A DNA stretch of 64,000 nucleotides from Xylographa opegraphella. Its lineage: Eukaryota. Below, piece after piece: positions 52,560 through 64,000 of this stretch. The notes below the pieces were generated by a model, which was given only the letters and a program-made list of their open reading frames with translations, ran no database searches and was not told where the DNA came from. Location of the stretch: NCBI GenBank assembly GCA_022813865.1, contig JALDZX010000006.1:124001-188000 (forward strand). The letters run 5' to 3'. How positions within the stretch are numbered: position 1 is the stretch's first letter; each line of letters begins with the position of its first letter. The translations under genes and the position numbers were made by a program.

Positions 52560-53614
52560 TCATGCCTGTCCAGTCGCCAGTAGCCTTTTCCGATAATCCC
52601 AATAGTTCTTCCTGATCGGATCATACGTATCTGCCAAGAGGCTCAACGCTCTCTCTGCCTTCCTCTTATCCTCCTCCCCTCCCTGGCTCCACATCTCTGC
52701 CAGAAAGTCCAACGCATGGCTACTCCTAACTTCCCTCCCCTCGCCCGCAAATTCCTCCGCAAAGTCACCCAGCGCTTCCATGCCAAGCCCATTCTTCCTC
52801 AGCACGCCTTTCAGATAATTCCACGGAGACTGGTTCTGCGGTGCCTCGCGGATCTTGCTCTTGGCGAAGTCGATCTCGCGCTGGCTCGTGTCGCTGGGAA
52901 CGGAAGTATACTCTGGGTTTCCAAAGACCACGAACCAGCGGTGGTTCCAGGCGCTATTGTTGCGGAGATCAACCATGAGAAGGTTCTCGACGAAGTCAAG
53001 CTCTGTGGAGGAGGGGGAGGTGGACCATAGGGAAAAGCGGGCGACGAGCCATTGCCGATAGGACCAGACGTGATAGTTCTTTGCGTCTTTGGCGAGCATA
53101 CGGCTGAGAAAGGAGAGCTCGCCAGGTGGGAGGGTGGAGAATTGTGACATAATGGTTTGGCGGTGATGCCTATGAGAGGAATGCGGTCAGTGATGGCGGA
53201 CGATAACCGCGACAACAAGGAGAAGGACCATATCTGATAGTTCTTGAGGTGTTTCAGCGAGATCTCGTTGAGCCATGCCAATTCTTTTGCCGGGTCACGA
53301 TTGAGCGCTCCAAGCACGTCTGCCCGATATAGCCTATTGGATTAGCCCCATCATCAGCCTTCACTGGGGTATTTGAGCTCGGGTGAACTGCTCTACCAGA
53401 CCGTATAGTGAGCTGGATTCATCGTTATGATATGCTCTGTCAAGCTCAGCACCCTATCGGATTTTTCGTTCTTTGCCATGACAGCTCGTAGATACGACAT
53501 TGCCTCGCTGTACTCGTCTGTGTACGCTATGGTCGCAAGAGCATTGGGTCCGCCATCATCTTGCGGGATGGGAATGATGTCAGCCCATAATGCGTTGTCC
53601 TCATACTGGCCCAT
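52560..53614 (-). CDS. RAM2: Farnesyl/geranylgeranyl-transferase type I alpha subunit
   Basis: PIPQDDG, MNPAHYTVW, KNYQIWHHRQ, KNYHVWSYRQW, RNNSAWNHRWF, PQNQSPWNYL, DPIRKNYW (PPTA repeats). Confidence 0.95.
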
Positions 53615-54123
53615 GGTTAGCGATGAGAGATTCCCGAGGGCGAACAAAGGACTTAAAGAGCCTTTGGGAGATAAGAAGGTTATGGGGTATAAGTCAAGCT
53701 AAAATACCATGTACTAAGGTATGTACCTTGGTTGCGGACGTTGATTTAAGCGAGCGATCAGGGCATACGACTCTTGATCATCGATACTACCTTCAAGTAT
53801 ATATTTACTTTTCTATGACATTATAGCCGCAACAAAACATGAGATATACGGAGTATAATTGACATCTTTTGTGCTTCTTCGAGTATTCGTCGACGTCGCA
53901 GCCACCAAAGTATGCCGGAGCTCTATTGAGCAAACTATACAATTCAAACATGCAAAACAACGCCCGCGGATCTCCAAGAAATTCGTAAGTCAGCCATCCA
54001 ACCCCATTCTTGAGACAATGATATATATTCTTCAAAACAGAACACCTCCGTAGTTCTCAGCCATCTATATTCAGGATCTTTAAGTACCACAAAACCCCCA
54101 CACCTTCAGTGTGGAATCCCATT

Positions 54124-54639
54124 TCATGCCAATTCGTACAAGGTCGCAGCGTTGTTCAGTGCTATCCCATGCCATAGGAGCAGCACATGATAAGAAACAT
54201 GATCGAAGCCAGGTATATGTAAGAAGCCAAATTCCCATCCCATCTTCCCATTGTCTTCGACACATTCCGCGACCAAAGCTGTGGCAATCTTCCTTGCCGC
54301 GTTCCAGATGTAGAATGCATAGTGCTCGGCTCTAAGAGGAGCTGCGTTGGATGGCTGCATAGCGTTGATTGATATGAGGCAACTTCTGTAGTGGAAGTAT
54401 GCTGGATTACGGTAGCCTTGAGCTGGGAGAAGGAGGGAGAGAAACAAAGAGTCCTCATTTCTGAGGAGCGAAGGCTCTAGTCGGAGAGATGGAATCCGGG
54501 ATATGAGGTGGCGACAATCTGCAGCAACAATAGGCGGAGTACCTTGTGGGGGTGTAAGACAAGTGAACGTGTGAACTGGGATCGACATGATTATTGTTAC
54601 AACAAAATAAAATAGGTGGTCCCGTTTGTACGGCAACAT
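54124..54639 (-). CDS. Small intronless Cys-patterned, probably secreted protein (Ecp2/KP4-like effector fold suspected)
   Basis: Hydrophobic N-terminus (LFYFVVTIIMSIPVHT) then C..DC..LI..IP, P.YFHYRSCLISI, W..AR..A..LV..C spacing. Confidence 0.55.
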   Translation of the reverse strand: MLPYKRDHLFYFVVTIIMSIPVHTFTCLTPPQGTPPIVAADCRHLISRIPSLRLEPSLLRNEDSLFLSLLLPAQGYRNPAYFHYRSCLISINAMQPSNAAPLRAEHYAFYIWNAARKIATALVAECVEDNGKMGWEFGFLHIPGFDHVSYHVLLLWHGIALNNAATLYELA

Positions 54640-55523
54640 GATGTGATCGGACAAGAATGCTAGCTCAGCCTTGCGACTTCTGCAGAATCCTTGAGCCAGA
54701 CGGTAAACAAGAAAACAAGAAAAGAAGGGAGAGGCAATCCCTCTTTACCTGATGGACGGTAATCTTGGCAATGTAGACTGACACATCACCTTAATGGAAC
54801 GTCATAAGAGAACGAGCCTCGAAAATCTAAAGAGACAAGGTCTGTACGATGCATTGTTCCATCCCGATGAGGGCCTTTCAGCCACCCTTTGAGGGCCGGA
54901 TCTTCTCGCAAGCTCATAAGCGTAATGTGTCACGCTATGAAGCATGTTACAGGATTTCAAGGACCAGAGGGATGGAGTTCATCAATATTCAAACATCGAA
55001 AGCATTCGTAGGATCGCTTACAAAACACAGCGGCTATTTCATGATATGAAACTCAAATTTGAGACAGCTCGGAGGTATGTCCGGGCCATAGCCTCCTAGC
55101 GTAGTCTACCCTAGCATGTTTGTGGCCTTAGCCGGGGGGTTTGGCAGGTACCCGAAGGAGTTACCTCCCGCCTCCGTGGAACCCCGCCCAATACTTGGAT
55201 ATTCAGCCGAGACCCGGAGTGGCGATTGTCAATTAATCCGCATGATGCCGAAGGACTCGAGCCTCCGGTAGTGCGTAGTGCGGAGTCAACAGCAATACCG
55301 CAACACAGCATGACAAAACCAATGGTCCAGATTCGACATCAACACAACTTTGAACCCGTGGATTTTTCGCCCAAGGCCAAGGCTTGGAAAGGTCGACCAT
55401 CGGAGAAAAGCGCTGCCTGCCGGCACCAGATTCACATACATACAGTAAGCATACTTGACTCCAACTGTCACTAAGAGATGCTGGCTCTAAAGGCCGGGCA
55501 GAAATAGGCAGTTGATTACTCAC

Positions 55524-56501
55524 ATGGACATTATCGTGACCGGGGCCGCGGGCTTTGTCGGCCAAGCTCTTGCCGCTGCACTCCTCGCCGACCCTCAAGT
55601 CTCTCGTCTGACTCTAACCGACGTGGTCGAGCCCTCGCTCCCTCGACAGCATGAAGCTTCCCGAGTAGAGACCCGCTGCATCAAAGCGGACCTTACCTCG
55701 CACGAGACATGCCAATCGCTGTTCACACCCTCGCTCAACGCAGTCTACCTCCTCCACGGTCTCATGAGCGGTGCCTCGGAAGCCAATCTCGACCTAGGCC
55801 TGAAAGTCAATATCGAGTCCATGCGTTTGGTCCTCGACGTCCTTCGGTCTGTGAACCCTGGAGTCAAGGTCATCTTCCCTTCTAGCTGCGCGGTGTTTGG
55901 GCCGTCGGACGGTGTAGTCACAGAGACGACGATGCCCATTCCCGGCTCATCTTACGGGGCTCAAAAGCACATTACCGAGGTACTGCTGAACGACTACTCG
56001 CGGAAAGGCCTACTGGACGGGCGCATACTGCGTCTTCCGACAATTATCGTCCGGCCCGGGACCCCGACCGGGGCGGCAAGTTCGTTCTGCTCCGGAATCA
56101 TCAGGGAGCCATTGAAGGGCGAAAGGAGCGTGTTACCTGTTGCGCCAGATTTCGAGATATGGGTGTGTTCGACGCGGACTCTGATCAAGAATCTGATACA
56201 TGCGCGAGAGATCGCGGCGGAGAAGTTCCCGAGTAATTCAAGGATCGTGAATCTACCGGGCATAACAGTAACGTCGCGGCAGATGCTCCAGGCTCTAAAG
56301 GATGTAGCGGGCGAAGAAACGGTGCGATTGGTGGAGGAGAGGAGGGATCCCGTGATAGAGAAGCTTGTGTATAGCTGGCCGGCCCGCTTCGATACTTCGC
56401 TAGCGGATAGGCTAGGGTTCTGTCCGGACGGGATTTTAAAGCAGATTCTAGACGAGTATATTGAGGATTATGCAGAGGGATCGAAGGTCACGACAAATTA
56501 A
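55524..56501 (+). CDS. Extended SDR / NAD-dependent epimerase-dehydrogenase, D-erythronate dehydrogenase (DenD)-like, intronless
   Basis: IIVTGAAGFVG, SYGAQK (YxxxK), RLPTIIVRPGTPTGAASSFCSGIIREPL, VNLPG. Confidence 0.85.
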   Translation: MDIIVTGAAGFVGQALAAALLADPQVSRLTLTDVVEPSLPRQHEASRVETRCIKADLTSHETCQSLFTPSLNAVYLLHGLMSGASEANLDLGLKVNIESMRLVLDVLRSVNPGVKVIFPSSCAVFGPSDGVVTETTMPIPGSSYGAQKHITEVLLNDYSRKGLLDGRILRLPTIIVRPGTPTGAASSFCSGIIREPLKGERSVLPVAPDFEIWVCSTRTLIKNLIHAREIAAEKFPSNSRIVNLPGITVTSRQMLQALKDVAGEETVRLVEERRDPVIEKLVYSWPARFDTSLADRLGFCPDGILKQILDEYIEDYAEGSKVTTN

Positions 56502-56805
56502 ACTGGAGATGCATTGAGGGGCTGATAGGGACAAGATTTGGAAGTGCGGCACGCTGAGCTAAAAAGTATCTCGTAATACGTAACAACAAATCGTGTGCAC
56601 GTGGACTTCTGTTGAAACTTCGTGTTGCTGTACACTGTAATGCAGAAGAAGCTTGTGCTGTTCATGTCAACGTTCTCGACCAAATTTCTTGGTTCATGAA
56701 CATATTTGATCGCAATAGAACAGACACATTGATCAACAGCAGATACCTACCGTAGAATTTCGGCACCTGTGTAACGAGCCAGACCGCCTTCATCGCGACA
56801 TGGAC

Positions 56806-58594
56806 TTATTCGTCCGAACGCAGAGCATTCTTTATATTTTCTTCAAGTCCACCAGTCACATCTTTTGCTTCGTTAGTGGCGGTCCTGGCCTTGGAAGCCT
56901 CGAGTGCACCCTTAAGGCCAAATTGGGAAGGAACCCCCTCAATGCGGTGTGTAGAATTGATGTTCTTGACGAGGGTGATTTGATAGCACGTTGCTGTGCC
57001 TTGACGCGAAGCGATGGTTGAGTAAGCCAGAAAGTATTCCCAAATCTGTGATTGGCCAGTTAGTCGCGAAGCATATAGAATGAATTTGAGCAGGTCAACA
57101 TACTCTGAACCATCTGTTTCCATACTTTGCTTCAACTTTGTCCTTGTTTGCCATCCAGTTTCTATACCATCTCCACAGAGTCGCAGAGTAATGCACACCA
57201 ATGGTATCAATGCCTTTGACCTCAAAACCGGCACCTTCAAGCTGGTCCACGAACCATCCCAGAGGTGTGGATGCATCTGCGCCAGGAAAGATGTACTTGT
57301 TCATGAACAGACCCCAGATCAAATCTTCATATTGCCAGCTCTTCCGCAGACCTGCAATCTGAAGAAAGAACACGCCATCGTCGTCAAGCATATCAGAAAC
57401 TTGACTTAGAAATGTATGGAAATGACGAACACCAACATGCTCTGCCATTTCCAGGCACGTGATTTTCTTGTATCCACCTTCTACCACTGGGATGTCTCTG
57501 TAATCCATGCACAAGATCCTGCTCTGACTTTCCCCGATGCCAGCCTTTCTTAAGTTATTGTTTCCCCAAGCTGTCTGATTTCTGCCAAGAGTGACACCGG
57601 TCGCATGAGCACCATAGTTTACACTAGCATATTTGGTAAGGGTGCCCCAACCACAACCAATATCGAGAAGGGTCTCGCCCTGTTTGAGTCCGATCTTTTC
57701 GCACACAATCCCCAGCTTGTTATCTTGCAGTTGTTCAAGCGTTTCTTCTTTATCGACATCAGAGATAATCCCTGAAGTGTAAATCATGCGTGGGCCGAGA
57801 AACCAGCCGTAGAAGTCATCACCACGGTCATAATGATCACGTACTTGTTCCTCGTCTGCAACGATCAGCATACGTCGACGGCAATGTAGCAGAAACTACA
57901 CACCTTGAGACCGGGTATGCATTAGCATCTCCGGCACCATTCCGGTCAGGAAGAAGCGAAATAATGCAAGCGTAAAGCGAAAGTTTGCCCAATCGTGCCT
58001 GTACTCCATGGCCTCGAGAGCATCGCCGTTGAAATCTACGTCGCCATCGAAGTACATTTCGAAGAATGTCCACATCGGAATCTTGCTTTTCCCATGGTAC
58101 TGAGCACGATCTTTGTCACTATGAAAATCCAGGTAATATTCCACAGGGCGCCCAGGGTATTGAGCTTTTTCGTTTTTCCGTGGGGAGATGCGTGACGCAA
58201 TTGACCAGAACGCAGCGGTTACAGGTAGGAAAGTGAAGATGGCGAAGAAGAGCCATGTGAACAGGCCGCCGCCAATTTTTCGAGCAAGATAGGCAGGGAC
58301 AGTGGCATTCAGGGCAATGAGAAGGACGTTGCTAAAGTTTTCACTGCCTGCCGCATCGGCCGGTAAAGGCGCATTTTTGATCGATCGTTTCTATGTAATG
58401 AACCAGCCTGTCAGATCGTGCACTGCGAGCAAATCGAGCTATTCAACAAGTGTCGGACTTGACAGATAAAAGGAGATAGAGCTCACGCTTGTTGTTCTCA
58501 CGCCATAGTTCTCAGCAACTGGGGCGGGAGTTGGTGCGGCGGGTGTCTCGATAAACTCGAAATCCTCAGATGCCTCTGATATTGATTTGGACAT
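56806..58594 (-). CDS. Sphingolipid (glucosylceramide) C9-methyltransferase, cyclopropane-synthase family, multi-exon
   Basis: FEFIETP start, N-terminal TM helices, FFEMYFDG, HTRSQD|EEQVRDHYDRGDDFY, LDIGCGWG, ITCLEMAEHVG, STIASRQG. Confidence 0.92.
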
Positions 58595-60304
58595 AATTCG
58601 TTCGAGGGTATTGGTATATATGACACCCTCAAAAATTCATAACCGCAAATGGGCAAAAGTTGACGGGAAGCAGTTGGTTCCTGCATTTTACGCTAGGCAG
58701 GGATTATTCCGCCTCGCTTCCGTAGAACCTCAAGCCGCTAGATGACTAGGTAGTTGCCATGTGGATTGGGAAGAGACTCTCTGCGGTTCTTTGCCTTCAC
58801 ACATTTTACTGTGTTACTAGGAAGTATCCTATTACCGTGACCAAGTGGGTGGGTCGCAATTTGATAAGACCGCATGATTACCTATGATAATCATAATCTA
58901 GTGCGATATATAGATTTGGACAGCGCTATAAACTCCTGAAGTTACACTCTACATAGCCCACGTACACCATAGACCTGTGCCTATTAGTAGCATTGCAGAA
59001 GATCGTTAAATTTCGACGCAGAAGGAATCACGACTAGACCTCAGCTCTTTGTAATAATCTGGAGTCGGCATATAACTTTTATAGGAAAAGACCACTCCTA
59101 TAAACAAGAAGTATACCCGGGACGAGAGCCACGGTCAATTCTCCACTACCACAGTTTCACTCGTGAATATGCTTCGTATCCGCGTTCTTTTGGGACAATC
59201 CGCATTTTGTAGAGATGGCGCATTGCCGGTTTCAGGAGACGTCTCGAACAGAGCACACAAGTATACTACTTCAGGCGAAGTGCTTTTGCAAAAATGAGCT
59301 GCGGTCACAAACGGTTAAAAAATCGCAGGTATTAAAAGGCTGCCGAACCCACGTCAAGACCACGAGCAATCACTGAAGCGTTTGATGAAGTTACAACATT
59401 AGTGAAGGTCGCCTAGTTGTCACCAGGGTTCAGCTGGGGGAGGAGTTGAGGGCGTCTTGCACGATCATCTAGCTCCACTGAGCATCTTGACGATCGAACG
59501 GCTCTATACATATTCTCAATGACACACAACATCCGGTAAAGTTTACCACGTCGAAAGTAAAGCGTCATTTAAGATTCCAAGTACTTACACCCATTATTGT
59601 AGCGTGGGTGGATTGGTCTTTTCCATAGTACTAGGATGCATCCATGATCCAAGTTCTGCCCGCCCAAAGAACAAAAAGAGCAAAAACATACAACAGCTAG
59701 GATTCACTGGTGGTCACCCGCCCAACTACTAATTAACCGATCTCAAGTTTGTGTATGCCAGAGCGGACGGGATAGCCAATTCTCTTGAGTCTGTGGTCGT
59801 ATGTGACAGCCTAATGTGTTGAAGCACGCCAAGTATTGATATCAACACTGGTTATGTCGTTTCTAAGTCAGACCTTGGCATAGCTAGGCACTGTTCCTCT
59901 CGTATTGACGCGCGTTTGTTGCCTGAAGCTTCTGTACTAAGACGTTAATTTTCTAGCTTGAAGTAAGGCCTCGGGCGTTTTGAGGCTCATCGAATGACGT
60001 CAAAAAATAATCTGAGATTAGACAGATAGGCATTGATCGACAAATTTACAACCAGAAAAACCAAGTGAGCACGCGTGCTACCTGGGTATACATAGTCGTG
60101 TCGGGCAATGACGTCCAAAGTCAACAGGTATTCACACGCTTGCCGCGTGTTGCTTCACAAAGACTATAAAAAGCAAATGCGTCCATTGTCATTGACACAC
60201 TTCTGTTACACATTCCTTTCCTGTCAGACTCAAATGGTTCGATTGACTGCCACTGACAACCAAGCTTTCAGCTCTTTCCTGGATAATCCGAATTAGGAAC
60301 GGAA

Positions 60305-60747
60305 ATGCCTTCACTAGCTAACTCTGATTACAATGACCTCACTACCGGCGTCTTTGCGTCTCGTATCGCAGCTCTTGTTCAGTACTGCATATCTGACTAC
60401 CTCCCTGGATCCATAGACTGACCCACTGACCGACGTACAGAGCACTCGAAGACCATCCCCTCATGAATCGCAGCAATCCCAAAGCCTCCCCAAATTCTCT
60501 CTTCTGGGTTTGGGATTTTGTGACTCGCACACAGCAAATGCTGCGTGACCTCAATGTTTCAGCTTTGCAATCAGGCGACAAGGCGGCCAAGGAGCAATAT
60601 CAAGATGTGATAGGGCGCTGCGCCATGAGTGCGCAGATGATCGCTAGCGACAAGGGACGTCTGATGCTGCAGATGATGTGTCAGGGGCAAGAACCTGTGC
60701 AGTTTTCAGAGGAGGTGAAGCAGAAGGCGAGGGCTTTGAGCGCTTAG
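60305..60747 (+). CDS. Hypothetical 127-aa protein, 2 exons
   Basis: ATG at 60305; intron 60382-60440 (GTACTG..CTGAC..CAG) joins MPSLANSDY..RIAALVQ to ALEDHPLMNRSNP..LFWVWDFVTRT..YQDVIGR... Confidence 0.65.
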
Positions 60748-61668
60748 AGAGGGTGTTGGACTGGGTATTTTGTAGGATGCTTTATACACCACTAGTAGTG
60801 TGGCACAGAGGGTTACAGTATGAGTCAAACGAACTTCCCGGTACATGTTACTTGACTTGTGTGACTAATGTTTGGAAGCTGAGGGATGTACTTTATTGAA
60901 ACTTTGGATTAAATGGTCACTAAGAGGTGAGGAGTACCATTTCGCCTGTAAACCTCGGGCCCGCCAAGTTTTCCAATGGCTAGACCATTATGAATATTTA
61001 TCTGCCGCTGTAGCTGCACTATGTCTCATAATGACTGATCATTCCCAAATTATAGGCGTTCCAAGCTAGGAACGTAGGGTTCGTTCAGTTTCCACATACC
61101 TCTTTCCTTTGACATGCTTCAAGTAATGAATGTATCTGACTTAGCAGAAGTTCATGAGCCTTAATGCAATTCACCGAATGTACCTGGGCTATAATCTCAC
61201 CACCTTGCGGGAAGCCAACAGGTAGTTGATAGTAGATTGGATACATTCTGTATCTTCCTGGTTCCAAGTGGGAGACCCCCTTCAGGTGCGCGTAGAAAAC
61301 TCACAACAAGGGCCATGCGTTCAATCCAGACCTACTGTGCCTCGAGTCTCCACTGCTGGGCAGCCGTGAACCAATATAGAGCTTGTGGCAATCATGGATA
61401 TTGTAGGAACACCACAAAGCCTGCGCAGTGGCCATTACTGACATGGCAAGCCACGCCCTTATAATCACCTTGGCCAGACCATCTCGGACATTGTGGAGAC
61501 TCCAGAGTGGGAGTGCTTCATATTTGTATGTCACATGGAAGGCGACTGAGCGGCTCTTTATATTCCCCATGGCCTAGTCTCGGATTGATTAGTTTATTGT
61601 ACAATCAAGGTCGTTCAAAGGCTACCTTAGACGATGGTTGATTCCCAAGGTTGGAATTGGCGATCTAC

Positions 61669-63124
61669 CTAGTCAAAGTCCAACTTGTTGTTATCGATAG
61701 CGTAGTCCGCTAGAAGAATGTCATCTGATAAAGGCCCGCGATTGACTCGGACTGTCTATTTGTTAATAATCCCTTCACAAAAATATCAACAAGAAAACAT
61801 ACCCCATTCAGTCTCTACTCTGAAAAATATCCACATCCATCTTCGTAGAACTTCAAGGAACTCCATAACGAATATTCCTCCCTCTAGATCGTTGAAGTGG
61901 TCGAGGTGTGGCGATAGTTTGAGACTCCAGGTGCATCTTAACATGAGATCTACAACAATCGCCCCATAATACATCTCTTTCGTGTGAAAATGCGTATGCC
62001 GACGTAAACCCCAGGGATGCTCTGGGTTGTTACGTTCTCGAGTAGAGGAAAATATGGTTAGATCCCAGTCCTTAGCTACATCCCAATAGAACGAGTAAAA
62101 TGAGTTCAGAAACACGAAGAATAGCCTGGGGAGAGAGTAAGTATCTTTGGCTGAACATCAAGAGAACTGATAGACTGACCATAGCCGAAACAAACCGGCT
62201 TCTGACATACCAATCTTGTTTGGGTCATAGCCCCGTTGAAGTGCGCTAAGGACAATGACAGGGAATGCACTGGAGTATTTGAGAGCGTTTGCGAGGTGCT
62301 GCCCGCCCCAGCCAGTGGAGATTGAACCCCCCGACTGCTTCATACTTTTCCTGACCCTCAAGAATTCGATCAAGCATTGACGCAGACGTATCAAACTAGG
62401 TATGCTGATAATGATAGGCACCAGATATGCTCCGCCACAGCTTCGGTCTGGTTTTGCAGTCGACGAGTACTTCCGAGAAAGCAACATACACTCAGCAACA
62501 AATAGATCCCCTAGTACCTTGGCGTAAGAAGTAAGAACATCGGCAAGCAATATATCCCCGAACTTCCCATCTTGTGGCTCCGCAATGCCACCAATGCTAA
62601 CTCGTTTTAATATTGTAAGAAAACGGTATCTACCAGCTTTCGAGAGGCGCTGTAGCGGCAGAATGAACAACAATGCCAGCAGGACGAGGTAAGATTGTGG
62701 CAAAATCTCCCACGCCAGGACGAGTGAGGTCTGCCCGTGCGTGACGCTCCAGAATAGGAGTAAAGAGATCGCCAGAGGAATCGATATGAGCGCCGCGAGA
62801 CGGTAAGTTCGGTAGTGATGGGAAGGCCCAGCGACAGTCGTGCGACTGGAGTATCTGATGAGGCCAGCCACATCCTAACAAGTACCACAGTTAGCGCTGA
62901 GTTGAGAGTGCAAGGGGCCACGTCTGTCGAGCTTACGATTCTGAGTATTGCCAGATAGTGGAGGTTCACAGCCCATGCCCAAACTCCTAGATACCTGTCA
63001 GAACGAAGCGTGAAACCGCTGAATATGACGGACCAAGTACTAAAATTACAGCGACACGGTATGGCAATGGCAGGATCAGACTAAACGTATCCAGCTCCGG
63101 CTCAACAACGGGATCCCCATCCAT
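61669..63124 (-). CDS. ERD1: EXS-family ER retention protein Erd1, multi-exon
   Basis: MDGDPVVEPELD..LPLPYRV, KFGDILLADVLTSYAKV, RLRQCLIE, HLANALKY, YSFYWDVAKDWDL, LRRWMWIFFRVETEW. Confidence 0.93.
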
Positions 63125-63435
63125 ATTTCCATTAGTGTAGAGCGAAACTTCATAAAAAATAATTCGCAACTGTAACCAGCAACGGCGACGTACGTCAAAC
63201 ACGACCGAGGACTGGATTTTCTGAACAATGGATTTCGAGATGTTGTGTAAATGGTCCCGAGGTCGTACCTTATCCCTGCAGCTTTCTCTAGCTCCTAAGC
63301 CCCGAGGCCCCCAGCCCTACCTATATAGAAGGCTCGGCCCGAGGACGGGCACGTGGAAGCCGAGGTTGTGTGCTTTGTATCTCAGAATGCCTCCTCGTTC
63401 TCGTAGAGTACAGCGCACATCGCTCGTTTACCATC

Positions 63436-64000
63436 ATGAAGAGTCCTGATGGACGATCCGATACGGTTTTAGAAGCTCCCTCCATTTCGAATCTATCAAA
63501 TGGCTACCAATATCCCTTCGCTGCTGCGCCTGATATCATTCGATCCAACCAGAAAGATACATATTTTCAAGGTGTCCTCCTCGAAAATCTCTCTGATATA
63601 ATACGCAAGCTTTACGGAGCGCGCTTTAGCCACAAATACACATCTGAAGCGCGAACATTTACGGAGCTTCTGTATCTAGCCTGTACGACACTCCTAGGGA
63701 ACCGGACATTAGGAGAGGAGTATTGTGATGTGATCCAGGTTGAGGAAGACTCGTTACAGTTTCCTTCAATATGCCGTCGCGCTGGCTACATCTTGTCAAC
63801 CATTCTCCTGCCGTATGTTCTTAGCAAGGCTCTACCCAGTTTGCGGAATCGCTTGCGCCTGAAATTGGAGTCGAATCTCCAGAGCAACGACAAAACGGCA
63901 GAACATGCTTCGTATTTGCCTCTTTCCAAGCGACTGCAAAAGTACTTATTATCAAACCTCTCAACTTTGACATCGCCCTCCCCTTTCTACGCTATCAGTC
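63436..64000 (+). CDS. PEX10: Peroxin Pex10 (Pex2/Pex12 N-terminal domain), 5' part, runs off the window
   Basis: Not in the ORF track; ATG at 63436 gives ..YQYPFAAAPDIIRSNQKDTYFQG..LYGARFSH..LLYLACTTLLGNRTLGEEYCDVIQV. Confidence 0.92.
   Translation, partial: MKSPDGRSDTVLEAPSISNLSNGYQYPFAAAPDIIRSNQKDTYFQGVLLENLSDIIRKLYGARFSHKYTSEARTFTELLYLACTTLLGNRTLGEEYCDVIQVEEDSLQFPSICRRAGYILSTILLPYVLSKALPSLRNRLRLKLESNLQSNDKTAEHASYLPLSKRLQKYLLSNLSTLTSPSPFYAIS

Noticed and set aside
52560..53614. Functional link between RAM2 and the CaaX GTPase
   Set aside because: They are 30 kb apart with many unrelated genes between; RAM2 is ordinary housekeeping.

Overview
Gene-dense, intron-containing eukaryotic DNA from a filamentous ascomycete (Pezizomycotina; the protein sequences look Eurotiomycete-like, which is an inference). 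About 28 spliced genes can be built by hand using GT..ctRAY..YAG intron signals. Left end: a compact protocatechuate/3-oxoadipate (beta-ketoadipate) catabolic cluster (truncated putative carboxymuconolactone hydrolase, 3-carboxy-cis,cis-muconate cyclase, intradiol dioxygenase), then a secreted sphingomyelinase-like phosphoesterase. Most of the rest is housekeeping: GFA1, SET1, TRM112, ESC2/RAD60, LSM6, MDM31, PNO1, PRE7, SAP30BP-like, PRE4, an M16 peptidase, POL31, a NAT9-like GNAT, RPL38, MSM1, a serine dehydratase, RAM2, sphingolipid C9-methyltransferase, ERD1 and a partial PEX10. The most unusual element is an accessory island at about 18-22.6 kb holding two head-to-head paralogous AIG1/GIMAP/septin-like GTPase plus coiled-coil genes. 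One is intact and ends in a CaaX prenylation box. The other carries two ZZ-type zinc fingers and is broken by a Walker-A substitution, an in-frame TAG and a frameshift. No rRNA, tRNA, CRISPR or recognisable transposon was seen. Coordinates were read by eye and may be off by a few bases; family assignments come from recalled motifs, not database searches.
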